Positions 31,090-39,025 of a DNA stretch of 64,000 nucleotides are shown one piece after another. The translations under genes and the position numbers were made by a program. The notes beneath the pieces were generated by a model. It was not told where the DNA came from. It did no database searches and worked only from the letters and a program-made list of their open reading frames with translations. This DNA is from a virus (lineage: Duplodnaviria; Caudoviricetes), in the IMG/VR virus record IMGVR_UViG_3300010262_000138, positions 48,217 through 112,216 of that record; one strand, 5' to 3'. Positions within the stretch are counted from its first letter, which is position 1. The number at the start of each line of letters is the position of its first letter.

Positions 31090-31398
31090 ATGACAAGCAA
31101 AGACGTGCTGGGTTTTATTTCGAGATTTACAAGGTGCGGAGAGTATCCGCAGGTAATTGAAGCTTTTACCTGCGGGTGCTGCTACTGGTTTGCAAAGATT
31201 CTGCATCTGCGGTTCCCGGTATCCGAGATTGTATATGAGCCGGTGGCGAACCACTTTGCGGCAAAAATTAACGGCCGCGTTTACGATATCACCGGAGACG
31301 TCACAGATCAGGGGCAGTGGGAGCTGTGGAGCGAGTACGAATTGGGATCCAGCTTTCGTGAAGGGATTGTAAAAGAGTGTATTATGTTTTGCAGATAG
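31090..31398 (+). CDS. Hypothetical protein
   Basis: G.CYWFA.IL...HF...YDITG motif. Confidence 0.7.
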   Translation: MTSKDVLGFISRFTRCGEYPQVIEAFTCGCCYWFAKILHLRFPVSEIVYEPVANHFAAKINGRVYDITGDVTDQGQWELWSEYELGSSFREGIVKECIMFCR

Positions 31399-31409
31399 GG
31401 GGGATTAGA

Positions 31410-31778
31410 ATAGATCAGGTCAATCTGTATAATGCAAACCGGCGTCCGGGAATGGCAAAGCAGTTTATTATCTCTGAGGTAAACCGTCCGTACTACGAGA
31501 TGTTCCTGAAAAGGTTTCCGGAGGCGAGCAGGCGTACCTATAAGGTGAATGTGGGACAGTTTCTGGAGGCGTTGGGCCCTTCGGACTTTGCTAAAATCCC
31601 GCCGTCTAAAATCAAAATGTACGTTCGGGGAAAGATCCCCGGCCAGAGGCGCTGTGCGGAATCGCATCTTAGGTCAATGATGATGTTCATCGTGCAGAAC
31701 GACATCGGCGGCGCCGCAAATAAAGTGAAGAAAGAAACGCTGATCTGGCTGCTGGAAAAGCGGACGGGCGGGGAATAG
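31410..31778 (+). CDS. Hypothetical protein, possibly integrase SAM-like N-terminal domain
   Basis: SRRTY...V.QFL pattern; probable ATA start. Confidence 0.5.
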   Translation: MDQVNLYNANRRPGMAKQFIISEVNRPYYEMFLKRFPEASRRTYKVNVGQFLEALGPSDFAKIPPSKIKMYVRGKIPGQRRCAESHLRSMMMFIVQNDIGGAANKVKKETLIWLLEKRTGGE

Positions 31779-31791
31779 GAGAGAAAAGAGT

Positions 31792-32052
31792 ATGACAAAT
31801 GCCAGGAGAAAGATGCTATCAGACTGCATTGGCCGGTTGGAGGATACGAAAGAACGAATTGAATCCATCCTTGAGGCGGAGACCGATGTGCTGGAAAATA
31901 CTCCTGAGAATCTTCGGGGGACAGATCGCTATGAAATTGGTGAGAATTCCTGCGCCAGTATGGAAGAGGCAATCGGCTCAATCGATGAGGCAATAGAGTC
32001 CCTGCAAAATATTGACGGGTTGGATAATATTTCTTATGCACTCAAAGAGTAA
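31792..32052 (+). CDS. Helical hypothetical protein
   Basis: MTNARRK...N.PENL pattern. Confidence 0.7.
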   Translation: MTNARRKMLSDCIGRLEDTKERIESILEAETDVLENTPENLRGTDRYEIGENSCASMEEAIGSIDEAIESLQNIDGLDNISYALKE

Positions 32053-32113
32053 CATGTTACTTAAAACACAACAAATGCTAAAAACGGGGAGAGATTTTTG
32101 GCACATTATAATA

Positions 32114-32162
32114 TTGTTTTTTGAGAGCAAATAGCGTATAATCCAAAAAGAACAAATGTTCT
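32114..32162 (+). promoter_or_regulatory. sigmaA promoter with downstream LexA (SOS) box
   Basis: TTGTTT-17-TATAAT (32114-32142); AGAAC-AAAT-GTTCT at 32149-32162 matches the Bacillota GAAC-N4-GTTC consensus. Confidence 0.75.
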
Positions 32163-32456
32163 ATGGAGGGTGCGATGAGAACAGAATATGGAAATTTTCA
32201 GCTAACCAACCAAAATGTTATCTTTGATGGGGGAGATGATGAAGGATGTAGTGTCTATCTGTTGAAGTGCCGAGAGCTGGAGAAGGCAGCCAGGGACAGG
32301 GCACTCTCTGATTATGTATCCGTCTATTTAACCTGTATCGCAGAAGAATTTGAGATTGACTATTGTATGGAAGGAGATGAAATTTTACATACGATGGGGT
32401 ATCCTGAGTTGGGGCGCCAGGAAATTCTTTTTCTACAACAGTGCAAAGATTTTTAG
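32163..32456 (+). CDS. Putative SOS-regulated small acidic protein (start possibly 32175)
   Basis: Directly downstream of the LexA box. Confidence 0.65.
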   Translation: MEGAMRTEYGNFQLTNQNVIFDGGDDEGCSVYLLKCRELEKAARDRALSDYVSVYLTCIAEEFEIDYCMEGDEILHTMGYPELGRQEILFLQQCKDF

Positions 32457-32482
32457 AAAATATAAAAATCAAAAAATATGTA

Positions 32483-32511
32483 TTGACTTTTTTATGAGGG
32501 CATGCTATAAT
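32483..32511 (+). promoter_or_regulatory. Consensus sigmaA promoter
   Basis: TTGACT-17-TATAAT with extended TG. Confidence 0.75.
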
Positions 32512-32530
32512 TAGCCCAAATAATGATAGG

Positions 32531-33745
32531 GTGATTAGAATGGATAGGGAATCAGTCAAACAGATTTTGCGGACTTGCATGATTACCGCCCCTAATTTCT
32601 ATTGTAATAGCATTGACCTTTACACAAAAGTAAGGTACAATTTTCAGACGCCGTCGGTGAGCGCTTTTCAGTTTGCTGATTGGATTGAAAATTTGAGCGA
32701 CCGGGATCTTGCAGCGCTTTTGTTCTTTTTCTCCGGGAATCAGATTACCCGTCCGGTTTGCCATGCGCGGCTGAGGTTGATGGAAGATGAGCCGGTAATC
32801 AAAGAATGCTATCAGTGTTTCTTTGAGAAAAGCGGCGCTCTGCTTGAGTATTTTCTCAAAGGAATCAGCAGAATCAAATATAACGTATATAACAAGAATT
32901 TTCGGGCTCTGTATGGGGATTGCGAAAAGCGATTCTCGCGGACACTGCTCGATATCAATGAGGATGAACTGCGGGAACTGCTGCACAACTACTGGTATTA
33001 TGATACCATCTCCGATCTTATTTTCATTTCGAAAGAGATGGTGGATGTCTACAGTCAATGGGGAATCGTGAACCCTCTGACTGACATCTCCAAGGTAAAG
33101 TACAATCAGATTTCGATCCGGGATACGGTTGCCAGAAAGATCATTCGCGGCCCGGAGGCCCTGTACCAGCTCCTCCAGCTCGATCAGAAAGATGAGCGGG
33201 TACAGATCATAGTAGGGAAACAGCGCCTTGCCCTTGCATGGATTGGATATTCTGTTAAAGAAATGCTTGAAGTTGAAGACGATGAGGTTGATCTGAAAAA
33301 ACGGACGGTACGCGGTATCAAAATCCCAAATGCGGTCAATCAGATCCTGCTTGACTGCAAACAGATTCCCTATGTGGTCCGTCCCGGCGGCGTATGCGAT
33401 TTCATCTACCATCAGGAAGCGGCGGGGACAAAGTTTGTCCGCCTGATGACAAAAGATCCGGCGGGTCCGAAAACAAAGCTTTCAGCGATGTATGTCAATA
33501 CGGCCGGCAAGTATCTCAGAAAGGCAATCGCGGAGATTAAGGAAATCGATGAGGATATCCTGATCCCGGAGAACGTAAAGCGGTCCGGAATCCTGTATCG
33601 GATGAGCGAACGGGAAAAGGAACGAGGCGGTTTATCCAGTGACGATATCTATGAACTGGCTGGGGTCAGCCGCTCGATTAGTGCTGGAAACCAAAAGCTT
33701 GACCATTGGCGTATGCTCTATCAGGATTACAAGGCGATACAGTGA
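32531..33745 (+). CDS. MrpR (YopR)-like degenerate tyrosine-recombinase-fold repressor
   Basis: LAWIG..V.E.L, V..K.R.V, I.P.NV.RSG.LY.M and terminal Y..YK pattern resemble SPbeta YopR; own promoter and terminator. Confidence 0.55.
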   Translation: MIRMDRESVKQILRTCMITAPNFYCNSIDLYTKVRYNFQTPSVSAFQFADWIENLSDRDLAALLFFFSGNQITRPVCHARLRLMEDEPVIKECYQCFFEKSGALLEYFLKGISRIKYNVYNKNFRALYGDCEKRFSRTLLDINEDELRELLHNYWYYDTISDLIFISKEMVDVYSQWGIVNPLTDISKVKYNQISIRDTVARKIIRGPEALYQLLQLDQKDERVQIIVGKQRLALAWIGYSVKEMLEVEDDEVDLKKRTVRGIKIPNAVNQILLDCKQIPYVVRPGGVCDFIYHQEAAGTKFVRLMTKDPAGPKTKLSAMYVNTAGKYLRKAIAEIKEIDEDILIPENVKRSGILYRMSEREKERGGLSSDDIYELAGVSRSISAGNQKLDHWRMLYQDYKAIQ

Positions 33746-33790
33746 GCGGTTTTAATAGAAGCAGGAAAGCCTGCTTTTATTAACCGCTCA
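33743..33790. terminator. Long hairpin terminator
   Basis: TGAGCGGTT..TAATAGAAGCAGG-AAAG-CCTGCTTTTATTAACCGCTCA. Confidence 0.7.
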
Positions 33791-33869
33791 GTACACATAT
33801 TTAGATAAAAGAAAATAAAAAGAAACCGCATGGATGTTGGCCCATCCATGCGGCAAAACAGTAAGAACA

Positions 33870-33908
33870 CCATCCACATCACTGTCCGGGCCTTACTGCG
33901 TCCATTTT
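33870..33908 (+). promoter_or_regulatory. CCATCCACATCA leader motif, copy 5
   Basis: 12-mer plus CCGGGC..TGCGTCCATTTT. Confidence 0.65.
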
Positions 33909-34010
33909 ACCATAGTGAGATTTTGAAAGCAAGATGTTGAGTGAATAAAATGATTTGCGCATACAGCGGAAATTTAATTGACGATTTAGACTTTGAGGAG
34001 AATGCTTACA

Positions 34011-34280
34011 ATGAGCGATTTAATCAGCCGGAAGGCAGTGATTGACTGGTTTAGATGTTATGGACACATGGACGAGCCAATCCCGTTTGAAACTCTTGTA
34101 TCTGATTTAAGGGACGCGATTCCTTCCGTCGATGCCGCGCCTGTGGTGCATGGGCGGTGGATAAATAATAGTGCGTTAAATAAGTGCAGCAAATGCAGAA
34201 CGTATTGGGATACCAAGACTAATTTTTGCCCCAACTGCGGCGCTCGAATGGACGGGAAGGACGGTGCTGACAATGAGTGA
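34011..34280 (+). CDS. Zn-ribbon hypothetical protein
   Basis: MSDLISRKA...VVHGRW...CSKC...FCPNCGARMD. Confidence 0.75.
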   Translation: MSDLISRKAVIDWFRCYGHMDEPIPFETLVSDLRDAIPSVDAAPVVHGRWINNSALNKCSKCRTYWDTKTNFCPNCGARMDGKDGADNE

Positions 34281-34412
34281 ATGGATTGAATCCGTTATGA
34301 ATATATCATTTACTGCATTTGCAGTGTATGGAACTTTCGTACTTTACAAATGGCGTCAAGTTGCTAAAAAAGTGGAAGATGCGGTTGAAGAGTTGCGAAA
34401 TGAGGATGCGGA

Positions 34413-34733
34413 ATGAAAGCCTATTGCGTTTACGATAGCGCAAGCGATGACAATTGCTCCACTATCGTGTTTGCAGAGAACCCCACACAAGCAAAGTTAA
34501 TTGCTCAAAGAACAGACACCTGCGAGGATGCCAGATACATAGACATCCGGGCGAAGAGAATGCCGGAAGCGGATGGATTGTATAAAGGCAATTCGGAGGT
34601 TGACTGGTACGATGATGAAACGAGAATTACTCTTGTGCGTGATTTCAAGTGGGCTTGCTGGGAACCTAGTTTTGAGTGTGACAACTGCCCTGCAAAGCAA
34701 TATTGCCATTGGCATGAGGGGGATGCGGAATGA
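34413..34733 (+). CDS. Hypothetical protein
   Basis: IVFAE...AK motif, coupled ORF. Confidence 0.7.
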   Translation: MKAYCVYDSASDDNCSTIVFAENPTQAKLIAQRTDTCEDARYIDIRAKRMPEADGLYKGNSEVDWYDDETRITLVRDFKWACWEPSFECDNCPAKQYCHWHEGDAE

Positions 34734-35074
34734 CTGACAGAAATCTTCTTGCTATAAGCATAAAGCATACAGAATATAAGTGGGCGTTTGGAAAACCTTG
34801 TGTTTTGTGGGGACACAGGACAAAGGACGAAGAAAAGCGTTCTTTTGGAGGGTACACAAATTTCCCCCAAAAAGCTGAATTGTATTCGTTGGAAGAATGG
34901 CAAAGCAAATATAATTCGTGCGAGTGGATGAAAACTGACGAGCCTGTAACGATGGAATTAAAATTCTGCAAAAAGTGGAAGAACTACGACACCGTACTTG
35001 TTCGGTATGAGGACTATATCAGATACTGCAAGGCGGCAAGCCTATCTCTTGACGGGGGTGGATACGATGACTGA
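34730..35074 (+). CDS. Hypothetical protein
   Basis: Coupled ORF. Confidence 0.7.
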   Translation: MTDRNLLAISIKHTEYKWAFGKPCVLWGHRTKDEEKRSFGGYTNFPQKAELYSLEEWQSKYNSCEWMKTDEPVTMELKFCKKWKNYDTVLVRYEDYIRYCKAASLSLDGGGYDD

Positions 35075-35465
35075 CAGAGAAGCTGTTGCAATACTCGAAA
35101 GGCTTTTTAACAAAAGTTGTGGGGACTATCGGTATCAAAACAAACAAAAACTTGATACAGAAGATGCTATGTATCACGCAATTACCATGCTCCAAGAGCG
35201 CATTGACCGGGAGAAGGGGTGCCGTTGCTGTTTTGACGCAAGTGTAGACCCAGAACTGGAAGGATGCGATCTGTCGTATCACGATGTTGGCGATGCTCAA
35301 CGTTATAAGAGAATTATGGTTCGTTCGGGCGGTGGAAAGCCGATGATCCTTATGTTTGAAGAGTGGAGCGGACAGCAGTGGAATACCGTAGGCATCTACG
35401 AACCAAAGTTCTGCCCAGAGTGCGGACGACCGCTGAAAGGAGCACAGGATGAAGCGAAGATTTGA
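35067..35465 (+). CDS. Zn-ribbon hypothetical protein
   Basis: MTDREAV...FCPECGRPL. Confidence 0.7.
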   Translation: MTDREAVAILERLFNKSCGDYRYQNKQKLDTEDAMYHAITMLQERIDREKGCRCCFDASVDPELEGCDLSYHDVGDAQRYKRIMVRSGGGKPMILMFEEWSGQQWNTVGIYEPKFCPECGRPLKGAQDEAKI

Positions 35466-35606
35466 TGAACGCTCCATAATTGACAGTTGGAACGAAAAAG
35501 AGCAGAAACGTGAAAAAGCAAAAGAAGATAGGTATATTAAACAGCTTGAAAAATATAAAGCCGAAATAGAAAGACCGCTGAAAACGGCTATTCCGGGGGA
35601 GGAAGT

Positions 35607-35900
35607 ATGATTTGTGGAAGATGTGGTAAAGAGTTTAGACAAGACCCACTCGCTCGTGCATCTTGGTATTGCGACGATTGTATGAGCGAATTGTTTAAGC
35701 CAAAGAAAAAGATTATCACCAACGCCGACCGTATCCGGGCCATGAGCGACGAAGATCTAGCACGATTTCTCATTTGGAATGTTCCGAGTTGCGTTAATTT
35801 TTGCGACGATGCCCGTTGCGGATGCAAGTGGAATTGCAAGCATTGTGACGGCCTAACTGTTATTGCCGACTGGCTCCGTCAGACAGCGAAGGAGGTTTGA
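35607..35900 (+). CDS. Paralog of 23288-23590
   Basis: First ~80 bp nearly identical to the 23288 gene. Confidence 0.75.
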   Translation: MICGRCGKEFRQDPLARASWYCDDCMSELFKPKKKIITNADRIRAMSDEDLARFLIWNVPSCVNFCDDARCGCKWNCKHCDGLTVIADWLRQTAKEV

Positions 35901-36136
35901 CCATGATACCTTATAAGTGCCCTATCTGTGGAGGAAAAGGAATTGTCCCCGGAGGATTTTATATATCAGTTGGTTATACATGGTCAAGCAACTGTACTAC
36001 AGAGAAATGCAGACAATGCAACGGACAAGGCATTATTTGGTCGAATACTGCCGATATGGATAAGATCTCAGGATTAAATGTTGGATCAAATACATTGATC
36101 GCAGGAACCTATAATAATTCACATGAGGAGGTTTGA
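35897..36136 (+). CDS. DnaJ-type Zn-finger small protein
   Basis: CPICGGKG and CRQCNGQG motifs. Confidence 0.7.
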   Translation: MTMIPYKCPICGGKGIVPGGFYISVGYTWSSNCTTEKCRQCNGQGIIWSNTADMDKISGLNVGSNTLIAGTYNNSHEEV

Positions 36137-36732
36137 CCATGTACGAAGGTCTGATAGACAGCCTGCGCACTCATGTAGAGTGGGCACGTGCGAACGAATG
36201 GGAATCTCCGATTACGCTCGGGGATGATCTGGAAGAGGCAATCAATGCTATTGAAGCACTTACAAAAGACTTTGAATTTGTAGACGATATCAATCTGGGC
36301 AATGGTGTAACAATAGAAGAGCTTCAGGCAGAGGTTGATGCTCTACGCAAAATGCAGCCCGTCAATCTGGAGGAAGATGAAGCCAGATCGTTTGTGTTAG
36401 CCGCAGAACTATCAGAGGCAAGAACTAGGTTGGCAAAATCGGAGACCGAAAGAGATAGATTTGAGCAAATGTATCTGCAGTCTGAGGCCGATGCAATCAA
36501 TCTAACCGGAGAGTTGACCGAGGTTAGCGCCGAAAACGCCCGGCTCCGGCGGGAGAGAGATGCGGCGGTGCGCGATTTGAAAGAATGCGATATGAGAGAG
36601 CCGGGCGGCAGGTTTTGCAAGGATAAAGAAGAGTGTTATCAATATGTTCGTGAGCATGGTGGATTTTACCCTGAATGCGACGGATGCCCATTGTGGCAAT
36701 GGCGCGGACCGGCGGGAGATAGCAAATACTGA
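36133..36732 (+). CDS. Coiled-coil hypothetical protein
   Basis: ERDAAV.DL...WQWRGP phage motif. Confidence 0.75.
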   Translation: MTMYEGLIDSLRTHVEWARANEWESPITLGDDLEEAINAIEALTKDFEFVDDINLGNGVTIEELQAEVDALRKMQPVNLEEDEARSFVLAAELSEARTRLAKSETERDRFEQMYLQSEADAINLTGELTEVSAENARLRRERDAAVRDLKECDMREPGGRFCKDKEECYQYVREHGGFYPECDGCPLWQWRGPAGDSKY

Positions 36733-36738
36733 GCACGT

Positions 36739-36948
36739 CTAATATTTAACCATATCAGACTGAATCTTTCTGCTATGAGTAATAACTTCTACTTCTTTAT
36801 CGCTTTTACGAAACCATACGTGATATCCTTCTTGATGCTCTGCGTAATATTGAGATCCGCAGTAAAGATAGTTCTTTTGTCTTAGAAATTCTTTTAGAAG
36901 TAACCACTGATTATAATCTTCAACCGTTCGGGTTTTTGAGAAAACCAA
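36739..36948 (-). CDS. Small antisense-oriented hypothetical protein (moron-like)
   Basis: GAAGGTG RBS and TTG start (MVFSKTRTVEDY...); 3' part of track ORF 36739-37086. Confidence 0.6.
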   Translation of the reverse strand: MVFSKTRTVEDYNQWLLLKEFLRQKNYLYCGSQYYAEHQEGYHVWFRKSDKEVEVITHSRKIQSDMVKY

Positions 36949-37076
36949 TACATCACCTTCACAAATTGGTGCCGGCTTTTCATGTCCGGTTAAATGTCCA
37001 GTAAGGTCAAAGCGCTCAGAGTTTGCTGCGCTGCAGTGTAATGAGAAACGCCGAAAGAGGAAACAGCCAATCAACG

Positions 37077-37382
37077 GATAAAGCATGGCGTATTGAAAAT
37101 TAGGAGCGATGCCTTCACACCGCCCCTATTGCGACTAGCTCCCCAAAGAGAGCCAGATGGCCTTAATGACCTCGCAAATTATCCCGGCGATTACGCCGCA
37201 AATAATCTCCTTGGCTTCAGGACGCATCCGATACCTCCTAACGAGACCAAAAGTTTAGCCTCGAGCGGCCTTTCGCTCTCGTTTCTTCGATTAGGAGATA
37301 ACAATCGCAGTTACAGAATAGCATATCCAGAAAAGGTTTGCAATCTGTAGACGGGAAATAGTTCAATACGCCACGCTTTGTC
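37077..37382. other. Inverted-repeat-bounded antisense peptide cassette 1
   Basis: 21-bp IRs 37077-37097/37362-37382 (19/21) enclose a minus-strand promoter, leader, sORF and terminator. Confidence 0.75.
37135..37227 (-). CDS. 30-aa hydrophobic peptide, type I toxin-like (MRPEAKEIICGVIAGIICEVIKAIWLSLGS)
   Basis: AGGAGGT RBS; promoter TTGCAA-17-TATTCT (37343-37315); terminator hairpin 37101-37128. Confidence 0.75.
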   Translation of the reverse strand: MRPEAKEIICGVIAGIICEVIKAIWLSLGS

Positions 37383-37401
37383 TTAAATATTAGGAGGTAT
37401 T

Positions 37402-37701
37402 TTGATGGATGTAAAAATGCGTTTAGTATTAAATTATCTTGAAAGTCTTCAATATGATATTTGCGAGTCTATGATTGGACCGCAAAATTACAATAGAATT
37501 AACGGCGTGTCTCCTAAAGAGTTTGTGCAAAATCTTCTCTTCTTAAAGGAAGATGGATATATAGGGATAAATTTTTTGGGAAACCCGTCAGAAAATACAC
37601 ATTGCATAATCACAATGACCAAAAAGATGGCAGACGACAAATACTGTAGAGAACGTAATATTTTATACCTATTAAATAAATGGTTTAAGAAAGCCAAGTA
37701 A
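37402..37701 (+). CDS. Small wHTH-like protein, convergent paralog A
   Basis: AGGAGG RBS; aligns with 37672-37989. Confidence 0.7.
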   Translation: MMDVKMRLVLNYLESLQYDICESMIGPQNYNRINGVSPKEFVQNLLFLKEDGYIGINFLGNPSENTHCIITMTKKMADDKYCRERNILYLLNKWFKKAK

Positions 37702-37989
37702 CGATTTTGCCTTACTCCACAAGTCGTCTTGAAAATATGATTTAGCCCTAGGCTTTATTCTTACATAGCACGCATGTTCCGGAGATGGAACTCCTAAGAA
37801 TTGTACGGAAATATACCCCTCACTTTGAATATCAAGTAACTGCCTAATAAACTCGTCAGGAGAAATCCCGTCTATCGCGGAATAGCTTTTAGTGTTAAGC
37901 AACGTGTCATTCTGACTATCGTAATTAAGAGATAATAAGTATTTAAGCACACGTTTAAACTCTTTCTTATTCATTTTAACCACCATCAT
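37672..37989 (-). CDS. Small wHTH-like protein, convergent paralog B
   Basis: Aligns with 37402-37701. Confidence 0.7.
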   Translation of the reverse strand: MMVVKMNKKEFKRVLKYLLSLNYDSQNDTLLNTKSYSAIDGISPDEFIRQLLDIQSEGYISVQFLGVPSPEHACYVRIKPRAKSYFQDDLWSKAKSLLGFLKPFI

Positions 37990-38018
37990 CTATCATGTCA
38001 TAAAGGAGAGAAAATTCA

Positions 38019-38516
38019 ATGACTTACACATCAGCAAGTGCCCACAAACAAATCAAGCTATGGACAGAAGAGCGCGACGCTTTAATTCAAAAGGAGCGGG
38101 AAATCTGCTCGTATACCTATCAGGCGGGAGAGGAACCGGTAATTGAAAAATACGATTTTGTTAATACGCAATGCCGAATCGCGGAATATAACAACAAGAT
38201 TGCCGATCTAAGACACGCTGTTAATCTTTTCAATACAACAACGGTATTGCCCGGACTTGGCTTCACAATTGACGAAGCGCTTGTAAGAATGTCAATGCTT
38301 AACGATCAGAAAAACCGTCTCTCTCGTATGAAAGATATCAGAGAGAAAACGAGACAAACCAACTATAAAGGAATATCAGAATTTACAGAACGCAATTTTA
38401 ATATAGACGATTGTGAAGCTCTGTATCAGAAGGTTTGTAATGAGCTAATTCAAATTCAGCTTTCCATTGATAAGACAAATCTTACAGAACAGTTTGATGT
38501 TCCTGACGAAGATTAA
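38019..38516 (+). CDS. DIP1984/DUF6847-like helical protein
   Basis: I..L.HA.N.FN.TT...TIDEAL....L and ID..N motifs. Confidence 0.7.
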   Translation: MTYTSASAHKQIKLWTEERDALIQKEREICSYTYQAGEEPVIEKYDFVNTQCRIAEYNNKIADLRHAVNLFNTTTVLPGLGFTIDEALVRMSMLNDQKNRLSRMKDIREKTRQTNYKGISEFTERNFNIDDCEALYQKVCNELIQIQLSIDKTNLTEQFDVPDED

Positions 38517-39010
38517 CCATTGCCATTTGTGAAAATTGAAAAGGGTACGTCGCCGCACCCTTTCAGTCATCAATACCGCAGATGACGGAGCGTTTCCCTT
38601 ACGAACATATAGATCGTAAGTACATCAGCAAGTGCGCCGATCATGCGGAGCACATATAGCATCAGTTCGCCCACTGCATCACTGCCTTTCATATATATGC
38701 TGAAAGTACGGGACCCTCACTCTGAGCAAGTGAGTGTAGTCATATGAGCGGGTTGATGACGCCAAAATTATAATACAGTTTACACAAAACGGCAAGCCCT
38801 AATATCCGTCCATCCAGTCCACAACTAAACAAAAGAAAATTCTATCAAGTATCTGTAGACGTATCGTTGATGTTATAAGATTATTTTGTTATTTATTGTC
38901 TGTATGTGCATAAGATGAAGAAGTCTATAGAAGAAATTCTATTTTTAATATCATAATTGGATTGGTAAAAACTTAGGAAAGAGGTCTTTCCCCGGCAAAA
39001 GTAGATGGTT
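38515..39010 (+). ncRNA. Candidate ~500-nt structured ncRNA coupled to the DIP1984-like gene
   Basis: No ORF; ends pair (AACCAT/ATGGTT); tandem hairpin domain 38537-38760; long nested helix 38798-38977 enclosing a U-rich quasi-repeat loop. Confidence 0.6.
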
Positions 39011-39025
39011 ATATGCCGGATATCC

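Noticed and set aside
32552-33412. 286-aa minus-strand ORF and other long antisense ORFs (e.g. 35019-35642, 59308-59877, 9980-10552)
   Set aside because: These are shadows of well-supported genes, with no RBS or recognisable motifs.
36961-37076. Riboswitch upstream of the minus-strand gene at 36739
   Set aside because: Some pairing potential, but no aptamer consensus that I can recognise.
38537-38760. CRISPR or TIGR-type array
   Set aside because: There is no conserved repeat sequence or constant period, and no cas1/cas2 or Nop-domain gene was recognised. Only the structural repetition is supported.
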